Shown here piece after piece: positions 8,978 through 17,801 of a stretch of DNA of 30,176 nucleotides (position 1 is the stretch's first letter; each line of letters starts with the position of its first letter). The notes beneath the pieces are model-generated. The model was not told the DNA's origin, searched no databases, and saw only the letters and a list, made by a program, of their open reading frames with translations. Made by a program: the position numbers and the translations under genes. Source of the stretch: a plasmid. The stretch lies in the sequence record NZ_CP017205.1. One strand, 5' to 3'.

Positions 8978-10252
8978 GTGAGCGACAAATTCACCATTAA
9001 ATTTAAAGGTATTCTTGATCATGCTGCAACAAAAAAGGCCATTGAACAAGATATTTCTAAAATGGAAAAATATCTTAAACCTAAAAAATCTAGTTTGGGT
9101 AGCACTAAAGATATTGTAAAAAATAATTTGTCGGACAAGAAAAAAGAACTTAGTAGACAATCTAAATTTGAAAGCTTAAGAGAGCGTGTTGAGAAATATA
9201 GACTTACACAAACTAAAAAACTTATAAAACAGGGCATGGGGTTTGAGAAAGCTAGAAAAGAGGCTTTCAGAAGATCTTTAATGTCTGATAGAGACAAAAG
9301 GCGTCTTGAGTATAAAGAACTTGCAAAAGAATCAAAAGCAAAAAGTAAAATGTTAGCGGCCTCTCAAGGAAAAGGACTTGTTGCCAAAATTGCTATAGGT
9401 AGTGCCCTAGGGAATATCATTAGCAACGCTATGAGTAAAGTTGGAGGAGGCCTTTTAGGTTTTGCTAAAAAAGCGGTTGAAGAAGACACCAAAACAAAAA
9501 GAACACAACTTCTCAATAAAGCGTTTTATGGTGATCCAAAAGAGAAAGAGGGTCTTTTAAAGATTATTGGCGGAATGAAGGGATTTGAGCGCGACTTAGA
9601 AAAAGAAGAATTCTTAAATCAAGCAAGTGTCTTTAAGGGTACTTTAAGGGATTTAGATATGTTAAATGAAACTAATTTGAAAAACGCAGTAGAATTTGCA
9701 GCTATGCTTAAATCCAGTGGTGCTATGAGCAGCGAAGATGCAATAAAGGCTGTTAATAGTGTTCTTGGGGGTGATGGAAGTGAGCTTTTTGATCTATTAA
9801 AGAAGTCAGGTGTTGGAGACAAATATATAGAAGATGCCAAAATGGCCTGGCAAAGCGGGGCACAAGTAGATCTAGAGTCTAGAATTACCAAGATGATGGA
9901 AATGTTCGAGGATTTTAAATCTTTCGGCCTTACAAAAAAAGTCAATAATGCTGAGAGTATTCAAAGTAATTTGGCCTCAGCTGAGCAAACTCTTTCAAAT
10001 TTGACCACTACTGTTTTGGACCCATTACTTAATATCATTAACTGGATCACCGCTAAAATTAAAAATTTTGATTTTACCAAAGATATTATCACTCCCATAA
10101 TTAATGGCATTAAAAGTATTTTTAATCTTAATTATTTCTTTGCAAAATTAAAATCGATGCTACCTGGATGGATGGGCGGAGATGCGGGTGCGGCTCTAAA
10201 AAAACTACAAGAAGAAATTCAAAATCAAGACAATGCTAACAACACACCATAA
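8978..10252 (+). CDS. putative tail tape measure protein
   Basis: GTG start, 424 aa, with a charged coiled-coil N-terminal half and a Gly/Ala-rich hydrophobic segment (IAIGSALGNIISNAMSKVGGGLLGFAKK), both typical of tape measure proteins. It sits in the expected position after the chaperone pair. Confidence 0.45.
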   Translation: MSDKFTIKFKGILDHAATKKAIEQDISKMEKYLKPKKSSLGSTKDIVKNNLSDKKKELSRQSKFESLRERVEKYRLTQTKKLIKQGMGFEKARKEAFRRSLMSDRDKRRLEYKELAKESKAKSKMLAASQGKGLVAKIAIGSALGNIISNAMSKVGGGLLGFAKKAVEEDTKTKRTQLLNKAFYGDPKEKEGLLKIIGGMKGFERDLEKEEFLNQASVFKGTLRDLDMLNETNLKNAVEFAAMLKSSGAMSSEDAIKAVNSVLGGDGSELFDLLKKSGVGDKYIEDAKMAWQSGAQVDLESRITKMMEMFEDFKSFGLTKKVNNAESIQSNLASAEQTLSNLTTTVLDPLLNIINWITAKIKNFDFTKDIITPIINGIKSIFNLNYFFAKLKSMLPGWMGGDAGAALKKLQEEIQNQDNANNTP

Positions 10253-10273
10253 TTTTTACAAAGGGTAATACTT

Positions 10274-10957
10274 ATGACAAGTAACAAAAAAATTGCTAAC
10301 AAAGTAATTAACAAAATAGATATTAATACTAAAAATACTAACAATAATGGTATTGCAAAGAAAAAATTCGAGGAAAAAATCGAGGATGTTGAAAAGAAAG
10401 AATTCAGGGAGATTACTCGAATAATAAAAGATGTAATAACCCAAATATTTGCCCTTTTTGGTGCAGATAATTTTTTAGTACTGTTCCCCAGAATGGATTT
10501 AAAAGGTTTTGGATATGTTCCTCAATTGTTTTTTATAAAACCAAAAACCGAACTTATAACACGCACTTATAATACTAGTTGTTCTAAAAGACCAGTTATC
10601 AACTATTATGATAGAAAAGCGGAATATGTAAGCTACAATCCGGTAATGACTGGTGAATATATCTCATTAAACGGTGGAATACTAACATCCTTATATAAAG
10701 AAATGCTTTCTTTACTTAAAATGACTGTTTTTGGCAATACTATGCTACGTTTTGACGCTCATCTCGCAAAAGAACAACTAGCAAACAGACTTCAAGCTCA
10801 AGTTCCTTTTAGTATCTACAGTCCAACCTTTGGCCTTAAAGAATTAGCTGTAATTACAAGTCTTTCATTTAAGGACACTCCTTTCATTGATGAGGTTGAA
10901 GTTAGCCTATCAATAGAAATAGTAAAAACATTTGCATTGGAAAAATATAAAGGATAA
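10274..10957 (+). CDS. hypothetical tail protein
   Basis: 227-aa ORF downstream of the tape-measure candidate. No motif recognised. Confidence 0.45.
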   Translation: MTSNKKIANKVINKIDINTKNTNNNGIAKKKFEEKIEDVEKKEFREITRIIKDVITQIFALFGADNFLVLFPRMDLKGFGYVPQLFFIKPKTELITRTYNTSCSKRPVINYYDRKAEYVSYNPVMTGEYISLNGGILTSLYKEMLSLLKMTVFGNTMLRFDAHLAKEQLANRLQAQVPFSIYSPTFGLKELAVITSLSFKDTPFIDEVEVSLSIEIVKTFALEKYKG

Positions 10958-10960
10958 AAA

Positions 10961-11911
10961 ATGCTGTTACTACAATATGATTTTAAAATTGAGTTCTACA
11001 ATGTAGATACATCAAAAAAATCACCTGATGGAATTCCTTTCGCCGAAGAAATTCCTAAAATTATCATCAATACACAAGATGGAATTCATATTGATATTTC
11101 CATATCCAACGTGTATTCAAATATTCATACTATAAGTTCCAAACAAGCAAAAGTCGTACTTTGGAATCTTCCCTTAGACTTCACCGACGACATTAAATTT
11201 GGAGATATAGTAAAAATATATTATAAGAAATTTGCTCATGAAAAAAATTTTGATTTCATAATGGCAGGAACTTTAGGACCTCCTATGAGCACTGATTATC
11301 CGGGTGGGGATTTTAGTGTAGATCTTGATGTTCGTTTATTAACTAAAAGCAACTTCTTCAATCGTAAGTTGGCAGGCAAAGAAGGCAAAAACTTTAAAGG
11401 CAAAACGGTGCAGGAGGCAATAGAATCTGTATTTCCCAATCGCAATATCCTTAATATGGATGAAAAAGATTGTCTTAAAATTATTGACAAAGATATTTAT
11501 GCCACAACACCAAAAGAGTTTATTGACAAAATAAAAGGAACATATGTTCATAACATAATAGCCGATATTGGTACTGGTTTACGGGGATATGAATGCTATC
11601 TGATATTTACTAATTATATAAAAAAGGGGGAAAATGTCCACTACGAGGCATTAGAAGACTATGGGCTTGAATTCATACCACAACAAGAAATTACTTTGGG
11701 CACAACACTCAAAAAAAATCTTATATTTTGGAACGCAAAAACATTTTTCACACATAAGTTAAATGTTGGAGATAAAGTCTCATTTATTGATGGACTAGGG
11801 AAAATGATAAAAACCACTATAAAAGAAACAAGCTCTCAACTTAGCAATACAGGAGAGTGTTCATTAATATTAAAGTTAGAAGATGATTCTAATACAAAAC
11901 GTAAAAAATAA
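10961..11911 (+). CDS. hypothetical tail protein (P2 gpD-like position)
   Basis: 316-aa ORF. Its position relative to the baseplate genes resembles P2 gpD, but the call is by order only. Confidence 0.4.
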   Translation: MLLLQYDFKIEFYNVDTSKKSPDGIPFAEEIPKIIINTQDGIHIDISISNVYSNIHTISSKQAKVVLWNLPLDFTDDIKFGDIVKIYYKKFAHEKNFDFIMAGTLGPPMSTDYPGGDFSVDLDVRLLTKSNFFNRKLAGKEGKNFKGKTVQEAIESVFPNRNILNMDEKDCLKIIDKDIYATTPKEFIDKIKGTYVHNIIADIGTGLRGYECYLIFTNYIKKGENVHYEALEDYGLEFIPQQEITLGTTLKKNLIFWNAKTFFTHKLNVGDKVSFIDGLGKMIKTTIKETSSQLSNTGECSLILKLEDDSNTKRKK

Positions 11912-11928
11912 AGGGGGCTAGAATTAGA

Positions 11929-12474
11929 ATGAATGAAGACTATGAAATTTACAGAATGAATCAACGCCTTTATGGCCAGGCATTGGCTCAAGAAGACGTT
12001 AAAAATTGGATTTATTCAAACATTTTCATAATTAAAATTGGCACTGTAAAGGAGTTTAAACAACAAACTCAAGAGGCTATTGTTACAATACCCGAATTTG
12101 AAGATTTAGAAATTCACACAAAAAATATCTCTAATATCAGTTTAGAATTATCAAAAGGTGATAACGTATTGCTACTTCAATCAAGCGTTAATATTTTTGA
12201 TAAAAATAACGATATCCACTTTGACAAACATCATTTTTATATACTTAGTGCAATTAGCCCAAAGACTTTAAATCTAATTTCTGATACTGTTAAAATTAAA
12301 GCAAACAATAAAATTGAAATAGCCAATGAAATAACTTCCTTAAAATCAATTCTAGAGAGTATTGTAAGTGCTATTAATGGAATTACTGTAAAAGGACAAG
12401 CGGTCGTTGACTATGCAAGCTTACAAATAGCAACATCTAGAATTAGCAATAATATTAATAGTTTGTTTAAGTAA
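11929..12474 (+). CDS. putative baseplate hub/spike (gpV-like position)
   Basis: 181-aa ORF with RBS aaggggg. It lies immediately upstream of a gp25/W-like ORF, consistent with V-W-J-I-H order. Confidence 0.35.
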   Translation: MNEDYEIYRMNQRLYGQALAQEDVKNWIYSNIFIIKIGTVKEFKQQTQEAIVTIPEFEDLEIHTKNISNISLELSKGDNVLLLQSSVNIFDKNNDIHFDKHHFYILSAISPKTLNLISDTVKIKANNKIEIANEITSLKSILESIVSAINGITVKGQAVVDYASLQIATSRISNNINSLFK

Positions 12475-12503
12475 TTTTTGCTAAATATGGTATAATTACT
12501 AGT

Positions 12504-12836
12504 ATGGATTTAAGATTAGGCAATAATTTTGAATTGGTATTTAATAACGATTTATCACTTGTTGATGGAATTGATGAACAAAAACAAAGATTTTTGATAT
12601 TTTTAAAAACCTTAAGGGGTAGTTTAAGCTATGCTCCTCATTGGGGACTGGACTATTTCTTGCTTTTAAAGCTGTTAAAAATTAACAATCTTCACGCTGT
12701 AAAAAATTATTTTCATGAAATATCTAAAGAGCTTAACTTAGATTTAATAAATATTTCAACTACTATACAAGACAACAAAGCACATATATCCTTTTTTTTC
12801 TCCGGCGATGTTTTGAATATGGAGTTTAATTTATGA
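12504..12836 (+). CDS. putative baseplate wedge protein (gp25 / P2 gpW-like)
   Basis: 110 aa, the typical size. It contains a GxxxxxP..G-type segment (LKTLRGSLSYAPHWGLDYF) reminiscent of the gp25/GPW family. The next gene is J-sized. Confidence 0.4.
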   Translation: MDLRLGNNFELVFNNDLSLVDGIDEQKQRFLIFLKTLRGSLSYAPHWGLDYFLLLKLLKINNLHAVKNYFHEISKELNLDLINISTTIQDNKAHISFFFSGDVLNMEFNL

Positions 12837-13708
12837 GCATAGTTTTTGATTCTGATTTTGGCATTTTAAAACGTACAATTAAGGATATTGTAAGATCGAA
12901 AAGAGAATATTTGCGTGTAAATTATGGGATTAATATTGATGATAATCAAAGCTCAATTTATAACATTATTGCGTCTTCTTTAGCATTAATTGAAGAAGAA
13001 ATAATTGATGAGCTCAATCTCTTTTTTTCTAAAATGAAACCAGGTGGTACTTATTGGGCTGCTATTGAAGAACACATTTCTTCTAAAAGCACAACTTACA
13101 GTGCGGTTCGCAATGCTTTACTTAATCTTGATGGGGTTGAGCACACTAATATTAAAAGTGCAGCTGGTAAAGCCAACATATATCTAATTCTAAAGGAAAC
13201 TTTACTAGACACTAGTAAATCTAACATTAATAGTCCTGAATTTAAAGCAAAACTTTGGGAAACATTATATCTAACAACTCCTAGTGGTACTTTACTTGAG
13301 GGAGACATAGAAATTGATGGTCTCAATTCAACCGGACAACGTAAATCCTATAAAATATCACTAGGGAAAAGAAAATATGTTTACATGAAAGTAAAGTATA
13401 AACTTGACCTTAAAAACTATCTCTACTTAAACATAGACTCTCAAATTAGGGACATTTATTCTAGGATTATTTCAAATAACTATTCTGATATGGGAATTAG
13501 CTTTGAATATCAAGACTTTTTTGCTCCAGTTAATGAAGTTAAAGGAATTAAGTTTATGGAAATAAGTGCTTGTATTAAAGATACAGACACTGAGAGTATT
13601 ACAAAAATTGGTGATAGCGATTTTAAAAAAAATCAAGATATTGCCATTAATGATGACACAATGCTACTTTTCAATACGACAGATAGATTGCTTATTGATA
13701 TTGGATAG
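12833..13708 (+). CDS. putative baseplate J-like protein
   Basis: 291 aa, ATGA-coupled to the W-like ORF. Size and position match baseplate J. Confidence 0.4.
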   Translation: MSIVFDSDFGILKRTIKDIVRSKREYLRVNYGINIDDNQSSIYNIIASSLALIEEEIIDELNLFFSKMKPGGTYWAAIEEHISSKSTTYSAVRNALLNLDGVEHTNIKSAAGKANIYLILKETLLDTSKSNINSPEFKAKLWETLYLTTPSGTLLEGDIEIDGLNSTGQRKSYKISLGKRKYVYMKVKYKLDLKNYLYLNIDSQIRDIYSRIISNNYSDMGISFEYQDFFAPVNEVKGIKFMEISACIKDTDTESITKIGDSDFKKNQDIAINDDTMLLFNTTDRLLIDIG

Positions 13709-13717
13709 TTAACAAAT

Positions 13718-14323
13718 ATGAAAATACCCAATCTTTTCAAAAACACCGAAATTCATAAATTTATACGTACAGAAACAGAATATGCACAAGCATTGCTTAA
13801 TGAACTTAAGTCTCTTAATTCCAACTTCATATCCATTAATGTAATAGAAAATATAAAATCAAGATATATTGCGATATGGATATCTCAAGTTTTATCTATC
13901 TTTTATGCAAAAACTCAAACTTTACAAAGTATTACAAGCAATATTAATAGTGTTATTTTTGCTTTACGTCATATTGGCACTGACGAGTCATTTAGACTGA
14001 TTTTCAAGACCTTTTTAAATGTGGACATTGAAGTTACTACTCCTGAAGCTGGGGTTATTGATATCTCTTTAAAAGGGGTAATAAAAACAAACTTTACTAC
14101 CTTTATTTCGCCTAGCACTAAAAAAGGAAAACGACTAAAAAAGATATTACTTAGAGAAAAGAAACCGGGATACGCTGCATCGAAAAAAGCTTTAGTATTT
14201 AACTCACTTCCTAAAGGATATGATCATTCAATTTATGCTTTTATTAAGAGAATTATTCCTATTGGTAGAGTTCTCAAAATTAATAATACAGATGGTAACA
14301 ATATTATAACTTTTAACAACTAA
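13718..14323 (+). CDS. putative baseplate/tail protein (P2 gpI-like position)
   Basis: 201-aa ORF between the J-like gene and the fibre-like gene. Confidence 0.35.
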   Translation: MKIPNLFKNTEIHKFIRTETEYAQALLNELKSLNSNFISINVIENIKSRYIAIWISQVLSIFYAKTQTLQSITSNINSVIFALRHIGTDESFRLIFKTFLNVDIEVTTPEAGVIDISLKGVIKTNFTTFISPSTKKGKRLKKILLREKKPGYAASKKALVFNSLPKGYDHSIYAFIKRIIPIGRVLKINNTDGNNIITFNN

Positions 14324-14332
14324 GGAGGTTTT

Positions 14333-15154
14333 ATGGCTGATGATCAAGAAAAATTACTAATTGATGAAGAAGAAACGGTTCAAATTAAAGATTTAAATAA
14401 GGTTACGACCGTTAACGATACTGATCTTTTACTGCTTGATGATGGAGCTGCAAGCAGTAATGCTATCACCTTTAAAAACTTTTTAGATGCTTCTAAAGAC
14501 AAAATATTTAAAGGAGAAGGATTAGACTATTTTAAGCAGATAATTAAATCTACAATTGCCGAAGAACTTGCAGCTGATACAAGTTTTGTAGAAAAAATTT
14601 ATGCTAAAATAACTGACAAATTAATTAACAAAGATTCTACTAATATTTCTAACCTTTTTAGTAAAATCAAATCTCGTCTTACAGATAGCATATCATCAGC
14701 TACTCTATCTAGAAATGATGATCTTTTGATAATGTCTTCAAGCAGTATTCAAAAAACACGCGTTCCCGAACAATTGCTAGGGGTACCATCTAATTTTACT
14801 TATGGCGACATAACTAGTAGTGCTACGCTTTATTCTTCTGACTATGAGAATAAATCGGTAACTGTTTCTTTGCGATACAATGGAAACAGCAGTACAACCC
14901 TTGTTTTTTTCAAAAATTACGACAATGACCTCATTTACCTTGATATTGAGCTTGATATAACACTTGGACATAGTGATAGTATTCTGGGTAAAACATTATA
15001 TCTAAGGTATTCCGACGAAAGTCAACAAAACATGGTTTATAGGTATTCAGGCCCCTTTGGACTATCTGTTAAATTCCCAATATATAAAGGCTGGTATGTC
15101 CAAAAAAGAGCCTACATATCAGGAAATCCGGTCCCGGATCTTTTAAAAGCATAA
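14333..15154 (+). CDS. putative tail fibre / host-recognition protein
   Basis: 273 aa, last gene before the holin cassette, with RBS aaggagg. The C-terminal half is Ser/Thr/Asn/Tyr-rich and looks beta-rich. Confidence 0.35.
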   Translation: MADDQEKLLIDEEETVQIKDLNKVTTVNDTDLLLLDDGAASSNAITFKNFLDASKDKIFKGEGLDYFKQIIKSTIAEELAADTSFVEKIYAKITDKLINKDSTNISNLFSKIKSRLTDSISSATLSRNDDLLIMSSSSIQKTRVPEQLLGVPSNFTYGDITSSATLYSSDYENKSVTVSLRYNGNSSTTLVFFKNYDNDLIYLDIELDITLGHSDSILGKTLYLRYSDESQQNMVYRYSGPFGLSVKFPIYKGWYVQKRAYISGNPVPDLLKA

Positions 15155-15159
15155 ACTTT

Positions 15160-15195
15160 TTAGCAAAAATTATGATTTTGGTATATAATATACGT
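15160..15195 (+). promoter_or_regulatory. candidate promoter upstream of blyA
   Basis: ttttggtatataat carries a consensus TATAAT at 15184-15189, in the 75-bp gap before blyA. Confidence 0.25.
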
Positions 15196-15229
15196 ATAAA
15201 AATAAAAAATTAAAATGAAGGATTAAAAA

Positions 15230-15433
15230 ATGGATACTATTAAATTAACCGAACTTCTTATCAATTTAAACGAAATTAAACTTATAGCTGTAATGATTTT
15301 TGTAACAGTGCTGGTTTTAGGAGTGTTAATTCTTCTCAAGCCTTTATTAAAAGACATTTTGACTATTGTAATAGGCAAGATTTTTAAGAATGGCAATAGT
15401 AATGGCAAAAATCACATTAAAAAAAGAGATTAA
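15230..15433 (+). CDS. blyA: BlyA holin-like membrane protein
   Basis: 67 aa, MDTIKLTELLINLNEIKLIAVMIFVTVLVLGVLILLKPLL..., with a central TM segment and a basic C-terminus. This matches what I recall of Borrelia cp32 BlyA. RBS aaggatt. Confidence 0.85.
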   Translation: MDTIKLTELLINLNEIKLIAVMIFVTVLVLGVLILLKPLLKDILTIVIGKIFKNGNSNGKNHIKKRD

Positions 15434-15436
15434 CTT

Positions 15437-15784
15437 ATGAAATTATCCAAAGATAATGTTGAGCTTGGACTTACGTCTTTATCAACCCTTATTGATATAT
15501 TTTCTAAATTTGAAGATGAATTTGATGAAATTGCACATAAAGGATTCTTTTTGGTTTATGAGCTGTATTCTCATTATAAATTAATCTATACAGCAAATAT
15601 GGAAAGACTTGAGAGTGCATTAACCCCAGCAATAAATAAAGCACTCGCTCCATTAAATGAAAAAATCAATCAATGCATTGACTTAGTTAATTCTGATGAA
15701 AAAAATCTCAAAATATCTAATGATCTGAAATTCAATCAGGAAGGAAAACCTATCTATAAGGAAAGAATAAATAATGCAAAATAA
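15437..15784 (+). CDS. blyB: BlyB accessory lysis protein
   Basis: 115 aa beginning MKLSKDNVELGLTSLSTLIDIF, immediately downstream of blyA, the canonical cp32 blyAB pair. Confidence 0.8.
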   Translation: MKLSKDNVELGLTSLSTLIDIFSKFEDEFDEIAHKGFFLVYELYSHYKLIYTANMERLESALTPAINKALAPLNEKINQCIDLVNSDEKNLKISNDLKFNQEGKPIYKERINNAK

Positions 15785-16109
15785 CACTATTGGTTTAGGA
15801 CTTAATTTACTATCCAGCTTAACTAACATAGCTAAAACTGATACAAACATAGATCATACTTACATTAATACTTTTAGTAAAGTAATAGATTTTTTCTACA
15901 AAACATATATAAGCACACTAAAATCTATGGAAACAGCTGAGTCAACTAAAATATTTGAAGAAATACAAGACATTTTAAAATACAATATTGAGATAATAGA
16001 GGCTATCTCTGCTGACAAAAATAAAAAAATTATCACTTCACTTAAATCAACACGTAACAAAATTATGAGAGAATATATCAAAATGCTTAAAAGGAGTGAA
16101 AATGCTTAA
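15774..16109 (+). CDS. hypothetical protein downstream of blyB
   Basis: 111-aa ORF overlapping the blyB end by 11 bp, with a conserved cp32 position. Confidence 0.5.
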   Translation: MQNNTIGLGLNLLSSLTNIAKTDTNIDHTYINTFSKVIDFFYKTYISTLKSMETAESTKIFEEIQDILKYNIEIIEAISADKNKKIITSLKSTRNKIMREYIKMLKRSENA

Positions 16110-16455
16110 AAAATTGCATTGTCTGCTAATTGTTTTGCTACTATGTTGCACCACTATTGCTAACCTACCAGAAGAACCAAAACCGCCAATTATTCAAACG
16201 CTAAAATATTTAGCTAAATATGAAACACAACTTTCAGAGTATGTTATGTACCTAGTAACATTTTTAGCTAAAACAAAAGTTAAAGTTAATGATCCAAATT
16301 ATCCAGAATATCCTTATCCAGATTTATCAACACTAAAAGACGAACACTCCATAACTGCTGTAAAACATAATATCAACATATATTTAGAGTACATTAAAAA
16401 AACAAAACCAATAGCGGAAAAAGTCTATAATAAATATTCCCAGTTAAAAATGTAA
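16096..16455 (+). CDS. putative secreted protein or lipoprotein
   Basis: 119 aa with RBS aaaggag. The N-terminus MKMLKKLHCLLIVLLLCCTT is a basic n-region, a hydrophobic core and a Cys pair, which reads as a signal peptide and possible lipobox. Confidence 0.5.
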   Translation: MKMLKKLHCLLIVLLLCCTTIANLPEEPKPPIIQTLKYLAKYETQLSEYVMYLVTFLAKTKVKVNDPNYPEYPYPDLSTLKDEHSITAVKHNINIYLEYIKKTKPIAEKVYNKYSQLKM

Positions 16456-16559
16456 ATTACAAAAAGGTTTTTCTTGCAAGAAATCCTATTTTACATATAA
16501 AAATCTCTAAAGCCAATTAATCTAAAATAGTGTATAATATGACTATAAGGGAAAATTTT

Positions 16560-17222
16560 ATGGAAACAGTGTCAACAAATATTGCAAGTGTAACTCAAGA
16601 ACAAATATATAAAGAATTTCTTAGACTGGGCATGGAACAATTAATAGCACAAGATTTATCTAAAAGATATTATCACAATGAGCTAACATATAGAGATTTA
16701 GAAAATTTAGAAAAACAATTTGATATAAAATTTGATAATCTTATTTTTAAGATTGATAGCGTAGAAAAGAATTTACAAAAAGATATATCCAATTTAGACG
16801 TTAAGATTGATACTGTAGAGAAGAATTTAAATGCCAAAATAGATAGTTTAGATACTAAGATTGATACTGTAGAAAAGAATTTAAATTTAAAAATAGATAG
16901 TGTAGAAAAGAATTTAAATGCCAAAATAGATAGTTTAGACATCAAGATTGATGCCGTGGAAAAGAATTTACAAAAGGATATATCTAATTTAGACATCAAG
17001 ATTGACAATGTGGAAAAGAATTTAAATGCCAAAATAGATACTGTAGAAAAGAATTTAAATGCCAAAATAGATACTGTAGAAAAGAATTTAAACACTAAAA
17101 TAGACAATGTTGAAAAGAATTTAATGTCTCTTTCAGAAATGCTTAAATGGGTATTGGGAATTATGGGAGCAATGTCTATAACAATGATAGCCGGGCTAAT
17201 ATTTGCTTTCATTTCTAAATAG
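16560..17222 (+). CDS. bdr: Bdr (Borrelia direct repeat) family protein
   Basis: Tandem 11-aa KIDxVEKNLxx repeats from 33-nt units, with a C-terminal hydrophobic anchor (LKWVLGIMGAMSITMIAGLIFAFISK). A TATAAT at 16532-16537 and an aaggga RBS favour the ATG at 16560 (METVSTN...). The ORF track's 16530 start would lie within the promoter. Confidence 0.8.
   Translation: METVSTNIASVTQEQIYKEFLRLGMEQLIAQDLSKRYYHNELTYRDLENLEKQFDIKFDNLIFKIDSVEKNLQKDISNLDVKIDTVEKNLNAKIDSLDTKIDTVEKNLNLKIDSVEKNLNAKIDSLDIKIDAVEKNLQKDISNLDIKIDNVEKNLNAKIDTVEKNLNAKIDTVEKNLNTKIDNVEKNLMSLSEMLKWVLGIMGAMSITMIAGLIFAFISK
16746..17130 (+). repeat. tandem 33-nt coding repeats (Bdr KID repeat array, about 11 units)
   Basis: Units such as aagattgatactgtagaaaagaatttaaatgcc repeat directly. 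The antisense frame also stays open, a mirror artefact. Confidence 0.85.
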
Positions 17223-17327
17223 CTACCACCTCGCTTAAAGAATATCAATTCAAATAATAATTGTTTATCCAATATTTAGTATTAATACTTAGTTAAGTGA
17301 ATATTAATAATAAAAAAAGGAATAACA

Positions 17328-17765
17328 ATGAAAATCATCAACATATTATTTTGTTTATTTTTACTAATGCTAAACGGCTGTAATTCTAATGATACTAATA
17401 CTAGACAAACAAAAAGCCGGGGAAAGCGTGATTTAACCCAAAAAGAAGAAGTAACACAAGAAAAACCTAAATCTAAAGAAGAACTTCTTAAAGAAAAGCT
17501 AAATGATGATCAAAAAAAACACCTTGACTGGTTAAAAACCGCTTTAACTAAAGCCGGAGAATTTGATAAATTCCTAGAATATGATAAAAGCAAAATAAAA
17601 TCAGCACTTGATCATATAAAGAGTGAACTTGATAAATGTACTGGAAATGATGCAGACCAACAAAAAACCACTTTCAAAACCGTAGTTCAAGGAGCTCTTA
17701 GTGGTGGTATAGATAATTTTGAAACTAGTGCAAGTAGCACCTGCAACGTTCAAAATGGTTCCTAA
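17328..17765 (+). CDS. mlp: Mlp family lipoprotein
   Basis: [21 protein letters not shown] is the classic Mlp signal peptide plus lipobox. 145 aa, in the cp32 position between bdr and the maintenance region. Confidence 0.85.
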   Translation: MKIINILFCLFLLMLNGCNSNDTNTRQTKSRGKRDLTQKEEVTQEKPKSKEELLKEKLNDDQKKHLDWLKTALTKAGEFDKFLEYDKSKIKSALDHIKSELDKCTGNDADQQKTTFKTVVQGALSGGIDNFETSASSTCNVQNGS

Positions 17766-17773
17766 TAGCTAAC

Positions 17774-17792
17774 AGCCCCCAAATAGGGGGCT
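17774..17792. terminator. bidirectional stem-loop between the convergent mlp and ERF-like genes
   Basis: agccccc-aaata-gggggct is a GC-rich 7-bp stem in an AT-rich genome, flanked by T/A runs. It lies between the mlp stop (17765) and the minus-strand gene stop (17802). Confidence 0.5.
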
Positions 17793-17801
17793 TTAATATT
17801 G

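Noticed and set aside
9019-9945. Minus-strand ORFs (92 and 108 aa) inside the tape-measure candidate
   Set aside because: They are antisense to a long + strand ORF and have no RBS.
15223-15408. 61-aa minus-strand ORF overlapping blyA
   Set aside because: It is antisense to the well-recognised blyA holin gene.
16746-17130. Possible CRISPR array, given the regularly spaced ~33-nt direct repeats
   Set aside because: The repeats are contiguous with no unique spacers. They are in-frame coding for KID repeats of Bdr proteins, there are no cas genes, and Borrelia are not known to carry CRISPR.
16673-17272. 199-aa minus-strand ORF antisense to the first bdr repeat array
   Set aside because: It is a mirror artefact of the in-frame 33-nt repeats (FKFFSTVSIL... 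repeats). It has no RBS, and the + strand gene has the family-defining features.
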